Assembly (NCBI RefSeq): GCF_009914755.1
Contig: NC_060932.1
Direction: 5' to 3' (one strand)
DNA: 64,000 nucleotides
From: the human T2T-CHM13v2.0 reference genome, Homo sapiens
A program made the position numbers and the translations under genes. The notes below the pieces were generated by a model. It saw only the letters and a list, made by a program, of their open reading frames with translations, searched no databases and had not been told where the DNA came from. Numbering within the stretch: the stretch's first letter is position 1; every line of letters begins with the position of its first letter. This document shows positions 25,770 through 42,916 of this stretch, in pieces.

Positions 25770-25918
25770 GCCACTAATCTCATCATGGGGGCCTTACTCT
25801 CATGACCTCATCTAAACCAATTTAGCTCCCAAAAGCCCTGTCTCCAAATACCATCTCACTGGGAGTTAAAGCCTCAGTGTATAAATTGGGGGAGAACACA
25901 AACATTCGGTTCACAACA
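25770..25918 (-). mobile_element. MaLR (MLT1A/MST) LTR fragment, preceded by a (TG)n repeat at about 25728-25765
   Basis: CTCATGACCTCATCTAAACC...CTCCCAAAAGCCC...CTCCAAATACCATC...ACACAAACATTC. Confidence 0.75.
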
Positions 25919-26289
25919 GTCTCCAAACCCCCAAGGCCTATCCCTCTAAGAAGATGCACTTCTCATCCTGCTTGGGGTCTGACTCTGCTCTGAATCATTT
26001 TCCATATGGACACCTCCATTCCCCACTGGGTGAACTGGATGCCTACGCTGGGCCACCCCTTTGTGTGGATGCCCTCCTCTCCCTGACCAGTCTCTGCCTA
26101 CTTGCTCTGGGCAGCCCCCCTACAGGCACATGCACCTCACCACATTTGGGGTCTGAGAGCCCATCCCCTACCACTGTAGCATCCCTTCCCCTCTTCCACC
26201 CGCATGAAGCCTACCTGGCTGTGCTCCACCTAATGACTTTAGAATTGAATTGTTTGGGAAGGGAAAGGAAGAGGAAGAGAAGCCACTAT

Positions 26290-28300
<2,011 letters not shown>

Positions 28301-30202
28301 TTCAAAGGAAAGTTGGAGATGCTCCTATCCTAGAAACACTTTGGCCTTCTCAGAACAAGAGACTGAGACTGAGCTTCCCTTTCCTGTATATGTTCAAGTA
28401 TCTCATGCTGCTTTGGTTCTGTGACTTCAGGGCACCACCCCTCCCTGCTGCCCACAGTCCTGGTGATTTCTGTGTCTCTCTGGCTCCCTGTTGTTGTGAA
28501 CCCTGACTTCTCTGGCCTGGCTCCCTGCCTCTGTGACCTTGCTCCTTGCCTCTTTGGCCCTGCCTTAGCGCATTTGCAACCTTCTCTCTAATATTCTAGA
28601 TGGGCCCTTTCATTCCGGTTGGCTCTAAGAAGTAGAAGCATAGGTTATCTGCATTCAATGCTCCTCCCTTTCTGCTTGACTCTATTCACATTTCTTGCCT
28701 GTTTGTTTGTTTGTTGGATGAGGGAGGTCCAGAGACCTCTTTTACCAATCTATATAATAAGTAGTGTGTCTAAGAGTTCACTATATTTGTATAAGTGATT
28801 GATTAATTGTTGTTAACTGGCAAAGTTATCATGACTGGGAAACAGAACTCTAGATAACTTTCATGTATCTTATAGTGTTTTTTAAAATCCATGTGATGGT
28901 GTCTTCCCCCTTCCTAATAACTAAATTTGTCTGTGCTTCCTGACATAAGAGTAGATACATATTGCCTTAGGTCTGCTATTTTATGCCATAGTTTTAATGT
29001 TATTTAGAAGGATCCTGTGGCAGTCATATTCTGCTGCTGAAGTATTGAAATGTATTTCAAGAACGTATCAAAGAAATCAGGAGATTTTTTTGTAGGTTTT
29101 TTTAGCTTTCATTAAACATCATTGATAATTCAAAATTTTTAATTTTTATCCATGATGACAAAATAATTATGGGCAGAGGAAGATATTCCACACTTACTAA
29201 ATGAAGCAGAAGATAAATTGAAACAAATAGTAGCATTCCAATATTGGTGAAATTGACCATCAGCAAAATCTCAGACAATGAGTCTTCAGGGTTTGATGTT
29301 CTGGAGAGGTTTTCTTGGACTCAAGAATTAATGAGTGAACAATATATTCCTAAGGAAAAGGTGAAAAATGACACTCAACAGGAAGGAATTCATCCACAAT
29401 GTTTTATTTTCCTAAAAGAACATGTATCAGAATTCTTTCATCTTTTGTAAAATTTGTGCACTAGTATTTACTTGATATAGTTTGTAAATGGACAAATGCT
29501 GAAGGCAGGCATTTATGCAAAGGAAATTAGATAATGTAGGAATGAGAAAAAAATCATTCAACTGAGCATTCTAAATGATGTCTGTAAGTCTAAAACTGAA
29601 AATATTTTGCAATTATGGAGCAAAGGCAAAGTCCATTTCTCTTTAGCAAAATTAGGAGCCATCAAAGTTTTCAGAATTATTGTGTTTTGATAATGCAAGT
29701 GCCCCCCATGAAAAAGAAAGGAAAGAAAAGAAAGAAAGAAAAAGAACTAAAAAATAATAATAATGTATAGCCTTAACTTGAAATCTGGAATCAATGAACA
29801 AGATTTATATATTCCAGGTTCATGCATAACTGTTACTAAGCATTTAGTTACATTCAAATTACACTGCCCATTTTTGGTGTAGAGTTGCATATATATTTTT
29901 GGGGAGCGTAGAGTATATGGATATATACACGTGTGTGTATGTGTTGTGTGTATGCCTTCAAACCTAGGGTAATAAGGAGTGTTTGGCTTTGCTATGTTTA
30001 AGTTCTTAGTAAAATTTCAAATGTTGTTTTTCACTATCCTTTTATTCTTACTTTTGTAAATTATATATTAAAAGTGTCAGTTGAACCCAGATGGTAAATG
30101 GTGATGATTTTTCTATTAAAGCTAAACATTCTTTTTTTTATCTCCTTGAGGCTTCAAAGATATATACATATATATGTAGGTAGATAGATAATAAGATAGA
30201 TA

Positions 30203-30270
30203 AATGCTCCCTGACTTACAATGGGGTTATGTCAATAAACCTATCACAAGTTGAAAATATCACAAGTCAA
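30203..30270 (+). mobile_element. Tigger4/ZOMBI-like TcMar terminal fragment
   Basis: ATGCTCCCTGACTTACAATGGGGTTATGTC...GTTGAAAATATCACAAGTCAA, followed by a TA-rich repeat. Confidence 0.7.
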
Positions 30271-30280
30271 TATGATATAC

Positions 30281-30311
<31 letters not shown>

Positions 30312-33300
30312 CTATTGTTCCATACATAACTTTCATTGAAATAGAATATGCTTTTATTTGGCCCTTCCTTCATGTTTCTATATCTTGGTTTCTCATCTTC
30401 TCAACTATCCTTAGGTCTATCCCTGTCTTCTATTTCCATTATCTTCTCTCCATGTACATTAATCTCTTGTTCTCTACCTTCTCAGCCCCTCTTCCTGCCA
30501 TCACCAGCACATGGACTCACTAAGACTCTCTCAAGCCTTCCCCTATAACATTAATGAAATTTTTAGCACTTAATTGTGTGCTTTTTTGTTACTATTTTAG
30601 TTTTATTTACTTGTTAATATTTTAGTTTTAAGTGGAGGTGTTTTCTTTTGCTTTAATTTCTTTATGTTTATTTAGCTCCGGAAACTCCTTTTATCAATGT
30701 GTTGTTTTATCATCTCATCTGTGATTTATTGCTTCATAGAATTAATGTTCTTTTTGAGGGGCATTAATTATAGGTAGTTTTCCTCTGTTTTCTGAATTTA
30801 TGTATTATCTCTGAATGAATTAATCATTTATAATTTTTGCTTATTTTGTTCCTTTCTTTAGCCTTCTTGTTGTAGGATTTTTGCTTTTTCCTGTGCTTTT
30901 AAAAAAAACTCAAACATATTTAAGAAGAATGATTCACTATATCTTTTTCCAAGATTTAATTGTTTAAATAAGAAAATAAGAGGTTTTTAACCTATTACTT
31001 ATATAAAGTTTCAAGCATTTTAATAAATCAGCATGCTCATTTATGCTCATGTTTTATAAAATAAAATAGACATTTCAAAGATTAAATAACAGATTCGAAG
31101 GAAGTGGAATATATGTATTTATTGATTTTAACATTCATTTTTCTCCATCTTCATCTATCTTTCTAGGTCTTTTGCACAAAATTCTCTACCAATGTAGTGC
31201 CTAATGGCCCTGAGCAGTAATGACTCTAGAATCCTGTGGTATCGACAGTAATATCTGGCAACAAATGTGCAGCTAAAAGGCTGGGTATGCTAATGCTCTT
31301 TGTGAAGACTTTTCAGTCTCCTTAGAAAGCAGAAGCCCTAGATTTATCTGTTCTCAAGGTCACTAACTTTGCCCTCAATTTTTAAAACATTACTACAAAC
31401 ATACTGTTTGAAAGTTTTTAAAAAGCTATAACTTAATTATGTAAGTTAATAACACTGGTGTATTTGAGGAAATGAGAGATCATTATTAAAAACAATTATG
31501 CATATATTTTAAATGAATATCTATATGGCGTATAAAGTTTTGTTTATATTTGTGAATGTGTGTGTGTGTGTGTGTGTATACATATACATAAAGGCAGGAA
31601 CTCTGACTTTGCTGCCATTGATTCCTCATGGCATAACACAATGCTTGGCATATAGTCAGTATAAGATAAATATTTATAAAATGATCTCTCTCCCTCTGTC
31701 TCTCTCACTCTCCTTCCTTCTCTCTTCCTCTCTCTCTCTCCCTCTCATTTTTTATGGCCTGCAGTGGAAATAAAAATAAGCTATTTTGAGGCTCTGAGAT
31801 ACAAGTTTCAAATGTGACTAAAAATAACTAAGCAAATAAACTCATACTTAAAAAAACTAAACTATTTTGTGATCATTATAAATTCACATGCAGTTGTAAG
31901 ATATAATAGAGGGAGATCCTTCATATCCTTCACCCTCAGTTGTAGCACATGGTGAGCTATAGCACAATATCCCAACTAAGATATTGACGTTGATACAGTG
32001 ATAGAGAACAATTAATTCCATGGTGGTGAGGATCCCATGTTACCTTTTTGTAGTCACATCCACTTCCCTCCCACCCCCAACCCTTCATCCTGAACAACCA
32101 CTAATCTGTTATTTATTTCTATGTTTTTCATTTCAAGAAGCTTATATAAATGGAATCACATAGTGTGGAACCTCTTGGTATTGGCTTTTTGCATTCCTCA
32201 TAATTCTCTAGAGATTCTTCCAAATTGTGTGTATAAATAATTCATTTATTTTTACTTCCGAGTAGTTTTTTTTATGGTGTGGATATAGCACAGTTTACTT
32301 AACCATCCAGCTACTGAAAGACCTCTGTTTTTTTTAGAATTTTTGGCTCCTAGGAATAAAGCTGCTATAAACATTCATGTACAAGTTTTTGTGTGAGCAT
32401 AAGTTTTCGTTTATCTGGGATAAACGCTCATGAGTGAAATTTCTCACTCATGCAGTAGTTACACAGTTACATTTTTAGGTTTTTTGTTTGTTTGTTTGTT
32501 TGTTTGCTTTTTGAAAATGCCAAACCACTTTCCAGGATGGCTGTACCATTTTACAATCTCATGAGAAAGATATGAGTGTTCCAGTTTCTCTACATTGTTG
32601 CCAGCATTTGGTTTTGTCCCTATTTTTTACACTGAGTCATTCTGATACGTGTGTAATGATATCTTTGTACATTTTGATATACACTTCTTGGATGGTTAGT
32701 AATGTACATCTTTTCATGTGTTTATTTACCATCTATAAGTCAACTTTGGTAAAATGTCTCGGTGTGATTTGCCTATTTTTTAATTGAATTATTTGTTTGT
32801 TGTTGTTGTTGAATTTTGAGAGTTCTTTATGTATTCTAGGTGCTAATCCTTTGTTGGATATGTAGTTTAAAAATAATTCTTCCCAGTGTATACTATGTCT
32901 TTTCTTCCCTTTAACAGGGTCCTTCACAAAGCAAAATTTTAAATTTTTGATGAAATATAGTTTTATCAATTTACTATTTTATGGTTTGTGTTTTTGCTGT
33001 CAAATCTCCTCAGATTTACTCTTTTATTTTTTCAAAAAGTTTTATAGTCTACCATTATATATTGGAGTACTGGGTCCATTTTAAGTTAATTCTTTTTTAA
33101 GGCATGAGACCTGAGTTCTTTTGCCTATAGATATCCACTTAATTACTCCAGTACCATTTGCTGAAATGGCTGTCTTTTCTCCATTGAATTGATTTTGTAT
33201 CTTTGTCAAAAATCAGCTGGGGATATTTGTTTGAGTCTATTTTTGTGTTCTCAATTCTGTTCAGTCAAACAATGTGTCCCTTTTTCCACCAATACCACAC

Positions 33301-35937
33301 CATCTTGATTACTGTAACTCTGTAATAAGTTTACAAATTAGGTAGATTGATTCTTTCCACATTTTCTAGTTCAAATATGTTTTAGCTATTGTAGTTCTTT
33401 GCGTTTTGGCATAAATTTTAGAATAATCTTATTCATATTTACAAACACCTTGCTAGGATTTTTAAAGAAATTGTGTTAAACCTGTATATATTTCAGGAAA
33501 ATTTACATCTTTACTATGTTTAGTCTTTTAATCCATGAGAATATGTATGTGTGTACATATATATACACGTGTGTGTATAAGAATGTCTTTCTATGAATAT
33601 AGATTTTTGTTGATTTCATAATACCAAATATTTTGTTGGTTTCATAATATTTTGTAGTTTTCAGCATGTAAGTTCTGTACATGTTTTGTTAGATTTATAC
33701 TCAAGTACTTAAATTTTTGTGATTGCAAATAATATTATATTTTACATTTTTGGTGTCCACATGCTTATTGCTAGTATATAGAAATATAATTGATTTTTAA
33801 ATGTTAATCTTGCATCTTCTGTCATTACTGTACTCTCTTATTAGTTCTAGTTTTGTGTATGTATGATTCCTTGGGATTTTGTACATAGAAAATCATATCA
33901 TCTGTAAATAGAGGCACTTTTATTTATTTCTTTCCAGTTTACACATCTTTTCTTTCCTTTTCTAGACCTATGCACTGGCTAGAACTTCCAGCACTATGTT
34001 TAACAAGAGTGGCAAAACAGACATTCTTACTTCTTTCCTGATATTAAGGGGTAATCATTCAGTCATTAACCATAATGTATAATGCAGGTTTTTGTAAAGC
34101 TGTTTATCAAATTGAGGAAGCTCCTCCCTACTGCTATTTTTCTGGGAGTTTTTAAAATCATACATGTGTGCTAAGTTTTGATAAACTGCATTTTCTACAT
34201 AGATTGATATTATAACGTATTTTCCTTTTTTAGCCTGTTAACGGTGAATTGCACTGATCACTCGTCAAATATTAAACCACTTCTGCATTCCTGGAATAAA
34301 ATTCCCTTTGTCATGGTACATAGTTTTTTGTACATTGCTGAATTCTGTTTGCTACTAACTTGTTAAGGGTCTTTGTGTCTCTAATCCTGAGTATTCTAGG
34401 TCTGCAGTTTTTTTGTTTTTGTTTTTTGTTTCGTACAGCCTTATATTTCTGTACTACCTTTGTCTGGTTTGGTATCAGGGTAATACCAGTTTCATGAAAT
34501 GAACTGAGAAGTGTTCTTCTATTTTCTGGAGGAAGTTGTATAGAATTGGTGTTTGTTCTTTAAATGTTTGGTAGAATTACTCAGTGAAAACTTCTAGGCC
34601 TGGAAATTACTATATTGAGGTTTTAAAATTATGAATTCAATTTCTTAATAGTTATAGGGCATTTCAAATTATCTGTATTGGGTGAGTCATGGCAGTTTGC
34701 ATCTTTTAAGGAATTGATCCATTTTTATGTGAGCTATCAAATTTATGTGTACAGAATTGTTTACAGTATTTCTTTATTATCCTTCTGATGTCTTCAGAGT
34801 CTGTAGTGGTATTCCCACTTTTCTTCCTGATATTGGTTATTTGTATATTCTCTCTTGTTTCTTTATTAATTTTGCCAGAGGTATGCCAATTTTACTGATC
34901 TTTTCAAATAACCACTTTTTGTTTTCACTTATTTTCTCTGTTGTTTTTCTGTTTTCAATTTTATTGATTTTTGCTCTTTATTATTACTTTTATTTTCCTT
35001 GCTTTGGTTCTTATCTAGCTCTTCTTCTAGGTTTTTGAGGTGAGAACTTAGGGTATTAATTTGAGATTTTTTAAATCTTTTTTCTAATGCACACAGTGCT
35101 AGAAATTTTCCTCTCTGCACTCTTTTAACTGGGTTGCACAAATTTTAATATGCTGTATTTTCATTTTCTTACAGTTTAATGAATTTTTTCATTTCCCTTG
35201 TGACTTGCTTTTTGACTCATGAATTATGTAGCAGTGTGTTGATTAGTTTCCAAGTATTTAAAACTTTCCTGTTATCTTTCTGTTATTGACTTCTGATTTG
35301 ATTCCATTGTGGTTTGAAAACACACTTTGTATAATTTCAATTTTGAAAAATTTGTTGAGGTTTGTTTTATGGTTCAGAATGTTGTCTTAGTGTATGTCCA
35401 CTGACCATTGAAAAGAATGTGTATTCTGCTTCTTATGTATTGGAATTTCTCTAAATATCAATTTGATCTTTTTTGTTAATGGTGTTGCTGAATTATTTCA
35501 TATTCTGGCTGATAGTCTGTTTAGCTGTTCTATCAACTGTTGAGCGAGGGGTGTTGAAGACTTCAACTATAATTGTGAATTTGTCTATTTCTCCTTTAAG
35601 TTCTATCAGTTTTTGCCTCATGTATTTTACAGCTCTGTTGTCTGACCCATACACATTTAAGACTGCTATGATTTCCAGGTGAATTATCCTTTTTTCTCTA
35701 TATAATGCTCATATCTGTCTGGCAATTTTTCTGGCTCTAAAATCTACTGTATCTGCTGTTACTATAGCCACTCCTGCTTTCTTTTGGTTAATGTCTGCAT
35801 GATATACCTTTTCCTCCTCTTTCTATCAATCTGGCCATATCATAGTTGAAGTAAATTTTTTGTAGATAGCATACAGTTGAGTTCTGTTTTTTTGTGAAAC
35901 ATTAGCATGGGTCACTCCGCCAACACTCGCCTTTTAA

Positions 35938-36660
<723 letters not shown>

Positions 36661-36664
36661 ACTG

Positions 36665-36943
36665 TGGTTTTGCTCTGCTGCTCAGGCTGGAGTGCAATGG
36701 CACAATCTCAGCTCACTGCAACCTCCGCCTCCTGGGTTCAAGCAATTCTCCTGCCTCAGCCTCCCGAGTAGCTGAGATTACAGGTGTTTGCCAGCATAGC
36801 CAGCTAAATTTTTTTGTATTTTTAGTAGAAACGAGGTTTCACCATGTTGCCCAGGCTGGCCTCCAACTCTTGACCTCAGGTGATCCACCTGCTTTGGCCT
36901 CCCAAAGTGCTAGGATTACAGGCGTGAGCCACTGTGCCTGGCA
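36665..36943 (-). mobile_element. AluS (Sx/Sz-like)
   Basis: Antisense Alu whose tail is the expanded pyrimidine tract. CAGTTTC flanks the whole compound insertion (about 35996 and 36945). Confidence 0.93.
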
Positions 36944-39424
36944 CAGTTTCTGTTTATTTCTGTGTTTCATTTTTCTGTTTTCTTTTTCTTGCCTTTCTGT
37001 GAGTAACTTGAACATCTTTTAGAATTATATTTTAATTTCTCTACAACGTTTTCAATTGTGCCTTTTTGCATAGTTTTTTAGTGGCTGCTCTAGGTATTAT
37101 AGTATGTAGTCATTATACCAGTTTGAGTGAAGTGAGGATATTTTACCTTTTTATGCCCCTTTACACTCCACAATTCAGAATATTATTGTCTTATATATTT
37201 CCTCTACATACATTTAGGACCACACCAGAGAGTGTTATAGTTTTTTGCTTCAATCATAAATCATGATTTTGAAAACTCAGGAAGGAAAGTCTATTGTATT
37301 TACCCCAATTTTGGCTTATTATGTTCTTTCTTCCTTCCTGATGTTTTCAATTTTCTTCTTTATAAAATCTTTTCTGTTTAGAGAACTTCCTTTAGAGATT
37401 CTTTTAGGGGTGACTCTCTGGCAATAAGTTCCTTTAGTTTTTGTTCATCTGAGACTTTCTTGATTTTCCCTTTGTTTCTCAGAATTATTTTCAATAAATA
37501 TAGGTTTCTGGGTTAAAAGTTCTTTTCTTTTTCAGCAGTTCAAAAATGATTGCTATTTCCCTATGGTCTCCATGGTTTCTTATGAGACATCTGATGTCAT
37601 TCAAATTATATTTCCCCTATAAATGGGTTATTTCTGTCCTACTGCTTTGAGGGTTTCCTTTATCTTTGATTTCTCAGTGGATTTCTTGGCTTCATCATTT
37701 GAACTTCATTCAATTTCAAACTGTAAGTTTATGCCTTTTACCAAATTTGAGAAGTTTTTAGTCATTATTTCTTCAAGTATTGTTTTAGTTCCATCTGGTT
37801 TCTCCTCTCTTTCAGGGACTTTGATGATATGAATTTTACATCTCTTTTAAGTCCCACAGGCCTAGTATGCTATGTTCTCTTTTTGATTTTCAATCTTTTT
37901 CTCTTTATTGTTCAGATTGGGTAATTTTTATTGTTCTGTCTTCTAGTTCACTGATTTTCCAGTTTTCTTCAAATTTGCTGTTAAGTCTATTCATGAGTTT
38001 TTTTTTAAAATGTAGCTTATTGTGTTTTAAATTCCTAAAATTTTCATTTGGATTATCTTTATATTATATCTCCTACTTCTTTGCTGATAATCCTTTTTTC
38101 ACTTATTTAAAGTGTGTTTTTACTTGCTCATTGGAGTATTTTTGTGATGGTTGATAATTCTAACATCTCTGCCACCTTGGTATTGACATTCGCTGATTAT
38201 CCTTTTCATTCAGTTTGAGATCTTGGTTCTGGGTAAGACCAATAATTTCCAATAGAAATTTGGACATTTTGGGTATTATGTTATAAGACTCTGGATGTCA
38301 TTCAACTTTCTGTTTTTGATTGCTTCCTTTGTCAGTGCTCCAGTGGAGGGAGAAGAGGCACTGCCTCATTACTGCTGCATGAGGATAGAAGCCCAAATTT
38401 CCCACATGGCCTCCGCTGATACCCCAAGGGTAGTGACTCCTTGTTACCTCTGGTCAGGGGTGGCAATTTGTTCCCCACTGAGCCTCCACTGAAAACTTCC
38501 TGGCTGAGAGAGGTATGAATACCTTGTTACAGCTCCCCGCATGACCTCTGCCAACAGCACCTTAGTGTGGACAGGGAGCAGAAGTGTAGGCTCCTCATGT
38601 GGTCTCTCCTAACATCACAGGGAGGGAAGGGCCCTTGTTACTACCTGGTGGAGGTGAAAACTCTGGACTCAACTTTCCCTAACACCAGCCCCGCAGCAAT
38701 GCTAGAGTCTGCAAGGGTGCAAGTCTAGGCTTCCCTCTCAGCTTTTCGTGACATGGATGAGAGTAGACTCATAGTTTTATTCACGATGTTCGGCTGGAGT
38801 AGAGTGGTTATTGTGTGAAAGCATTCTATCTTGCTAGGCTGCCTCTTTCCCGTTCTTTGGCTTAAGAGAGCAGGGTTTTGTTGGGGCGTTTTCTGTCTGT
38901 GCCTATTGACATTTCCAAGTTGCTGCCAAAGAGAAACTCAGGAAACCCGCCACCATGTTATTCTTTGGGTTCCAAAGTCCCTAGTCAGTCTACTTTTTTC
39001 CCCTCCTTTCCAAGTCTTACACTTGTTATATATATATAACGTCCAGAGATTTTAGTTGTATATAGAGATAGGAAAAGGAAAAAAATCCATCCACTGCATC
39101 TCCCTGGAAGTGAAAGTCTCTGCAAATGTTTTTTTTTAATTAAAAAAAATTTAATTTTCTCATATTTCTCTTGATGAAGCAACTCCTTCAAAAGCATGCC
39201 AACTTTGTAGACTTCTTAGAAATAATAATGTATTAAACTTGCTTCAACAAATATAATGATAGATTATTTAATGTGTATAAAGATTCTTTAATAAACAAAA
39301 AAAATCCCATAATACTCACCCAAATCCTACAGAGGTGCTTGTAAACAATAACTATGAAAATAAGAATTTCCTTTCCTAATAGATTCCAGTACTTGACAGA
39401 GGCAAATTTCTGGAGCATATCTCT

Positions 39425-39900
39425 GCCTTAATTAGCTGTTGCTATAATAATGCTACATAAAAACCATTCCAAAACTCAGAGACTTAAAACTTATTCTCAT
39501 GCTTGTGGGTCTTCAGGTGGCTGCAAGTTGGCTGGGCTGAGCTGGACTTCAGATTTCAGGTTCTAGCCTGCTGTCTGGGTTCCTGTCAGGAGACATGTGT
39601 TTCTCATCTTCTCAAACCAGCAGCTCCTGGTGCATGTGAATGGCTTCATGTGTCTCATTCTAAAGTTCAGGCTGAAAGGTTAGACACTATCTGAGGCACA
39701 TTTTTTCCATGATAGATTATCAGGCCACTGATCCCCGCAAGACATTCAAGGCCTCTGCTTGTACCTTGCTTACTAACATTGTGCTGCAATCACATGGCCA
39801 AGTCCAATAGCAATGAGACAGGGTACTGTACCCAGCACAAGGTGGAAAAAGAGAGGAGTCACTATTTGCTAATACAAACGCTAGTACAGACTGTCACAAT
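39425..39900 (-). mobile_element. Old MLT1 (MaLR) LTR
   Basis: AAAACTCAGAGACTTAAAAC...CATTCAAGGCCTCTGCTTG...TCACATGGCCAAGTCCAA. Confidence 0.6.
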
Positions 39901-40179
39901 TTCTTTTACTAACCTTGTTCCAATGAGGAAGGGGAGAAAAAGCTAGTTCACATGCCACTTGGAACTTTACAAGTATACTAGGGCCCTTTTGATTTTACTC
40001 AGCTATTTAGCATGCTGGAGCCAGTTTCCTTGTCTTAGATCCAAAATTAATCAGTTACTAATGACTCCCTGACCTTTTCCTCATGCCTGCTTTCAAAGTG
40101 ACCTCTCCAAGTTTGGCCTTCTCCAGCTGCTGTTGTTCCTTCAAAGAGCTATTTTCTCTACTTTCGTATACACCCAAAT

Positions 40180-40214
<35 letters not shown>

Positions 40215-40429
40215 CATCCTGTTATTCTTTGGTGCAGATAAACATGTGTGTGTGTCTTTTGTAAGGATTTTTGATATGATAACAGAAAGAGGTCCTCTAG
40301 AATCCTTTCCCCGAAATTTAATTATTTCTTTTATTGCATTCTTGCAAAATTCCATTTCCTTTGATTCTAAATCTCATAATTTGTTTGCCTAATTGAGATG
40401 CTATAAAGACTCTCAAGATCAACCAGTTG

Positions 40430-40640
40430 TAGGAGTGCAGTAAACGTGGTATTTAATTCTGCCTCTGTCGCTTCCCAGGTGTTTTATCTTGGGCAAGTCA
40501 GGAGCCTTTCAGAAGCTATGTTCCCATGTGTGCAGTGGAACTAAAGATATCGATCTTACTGGATTATTGTGAAGATTGAATGAGATTATGCATTTTAAAT
40601 TCCTCTGTGAAGAGGACAGTGCTGATCAATTATAAATGAT
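40430..40640 (+). mobile_element. MIR
   Basis: TCTTGGGCAAGTCA...GGATTATTGTGAAGATTGAATGAGAT matches the MIR core. Confidence 0.65.
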
Positions 40641-41587
40641 TCAAATATAAAAATTGAATGGAAGGGAAAATGCTCATTTTCTCATTTCCCTTTATGTTTA
40701 TTTCCAGTTCAAAACATTTGGAAACAAATGAAAGAGGACTTTTTATTTAGACAGCTAGAGTTACTTCCTTTTTCACAACTTCATGGGTTGGAGGAAGCTG
40801 ATGGAGTTAGATTTTCCTCATATCTATTTCATCAAAGATTTAATTCAGGGAATTCACCCATTGGTAAAATCTCCATCACCCATTTGTCTAGTCATGAGCC
40901 CTGGTTTTGCCTTATGTGTGTGCTATAAGACCATGCAAGGCCCTGGGCACTCTTCTTTTGGGAATATCCACCCCTCACCATATTAAACAGATTAAAATAC
41001 ATTCACAGCTCACCATAAAAATAGTGAAGTTCTTGTTGTGAAGTCTTTGCTATGAAGATGGAAAATATTTTATAATTTTGCTTTAGAAATTATTTGCTCC
41101 AATAAATTTATTTAAATTTTTATTGCATATGTTTTATCAGCCATCATCCTGCCTTTTAGGAATTCTTGAGAAGTAACAAAATCAAACTTAAAAATTACTT
41201 ATAATGTTACTCTATTTCTATGAATTCTAAATTTAAGAAATATGAAATGAGGTTGACAGGATGTTATATTTTATTGACTTTTAATCAAAATATATTAATT
41301 TTTAGGCTTTCTTTTCATATTTGAAAGTGTATATATATATATATATATATATATACTTTATGGGGGGTTTCAAACATTGTCCTAGGGTCTTTAAAATACC
41401 ATAGTCCTGAGGCATGCAGTCTGGGTAAAAGAAATCGCAGGTGTGTCTCTTTAAGTATTTCCCCTTGTAAAATTTACCTAATACTTCTGGACCTGCCAGA
41501 CCTCATTGCTGTGTTGGAGCAAGTTAATGCCTCAAACGTTTCCAATGTCAAAATTCAAGTATCCCCAGTCTACCTTCCAACTCCTTG

Positions 41588-42049
41588 TGTGGGGTAAGCA
41601 GAAAAATGATCCCCCAAAGATGTCCACGCTCTAATCCCTGGAACCCGCGAATGTGTTATCTTACATGAATAAAGGGATTTTGTAGATATAACCAAATCAT
41701 GGATCTTGAGGTGGGGGGATTATCTGGTTGGGCCCAGTGTAATCTCAAGGGTTCTTATAAATGAAAGAGGGACTTGGGAGGTCAGAGAAGGCGATGTGAT
41801 GATGGAAGCATGGTCAGGGTAATATTAGTACTGGCTTGGGAAATTGAAGAGGACCACAGCCAAGTGTGAGAGCCTCTAGAAGCTGGGAAAGGCAAAGAAT
41901 GGAATCTCCCCCAGAGCCTCCAGAAGGAACTCAGTTTTGCCAACATCTTGATTTAGCTGAGTGAGATAACTGTAACATAGTCAATTTGTATTGTTCTAAG
42001 TCACTGGGTTTGTGATAATTTGTTACAGCAGCGATAGGAAAGTAAGATA
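41588..42049 (+). mobile_element. MLT1D-like MaLR solo LTR
   Basis: CCCCCAAAGATGTCCACGCTCTAATCCCTGGAACC...CTAGAAGCTGGGAAAGGCAA...AGAGCCTCCAGAAGGAAC...TTTGTTACAGCAGCGATAGGAAA. Confidence 0.85.
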
Positions 42050-42405
42050 GCTTTATGTCATTTGCAAAGCTCTTTTACAATCCTAGGCATCTACCCCTCC
42101 ATTTTGCTAGTACCTTTCCTCTTCCCTCTTGATCCCAGGTTCTGCTTGCCTTAAACTCTAATCCCTTAGCCCCAGGATCCTCTGTGAATGCTTCCCACAT
42201 GGTGTCCTTTGGGGCTGTCTTTGTTTTTATGCACAAGTTCCCTTTTTTCTCCTCCCTTCTACACAGTCTTTCCTTACCTTCCCCTAAACCTTCCTACAAA
42301 AACACTCTCACTAATACAGACGAAAATTTACTCTGCATGTGGTCTCAGCCTGGTCTTCAATTGGGGAGCTGAAACAAAAATATTTATTTGAAATATCACG
42401 CTTTA

Positions 42406-42744
<339 letters not shown>

Positions 42745-42916
42745 TTAAATATCTTGTCAGTTCAAATGGTTTTTTTGCCTCCACCTGCCCTTAGGGGTAA
42801 AACGGATGCTCCATGAAGGTGTGTCTTGTTCACTTTGGACCTTCCTTGACTCGTGGCACAAAAGCTGAATTTCTTTGCATATACTAATACCTGAAGAGCC
42901 AGGTGTTAAACACAAC

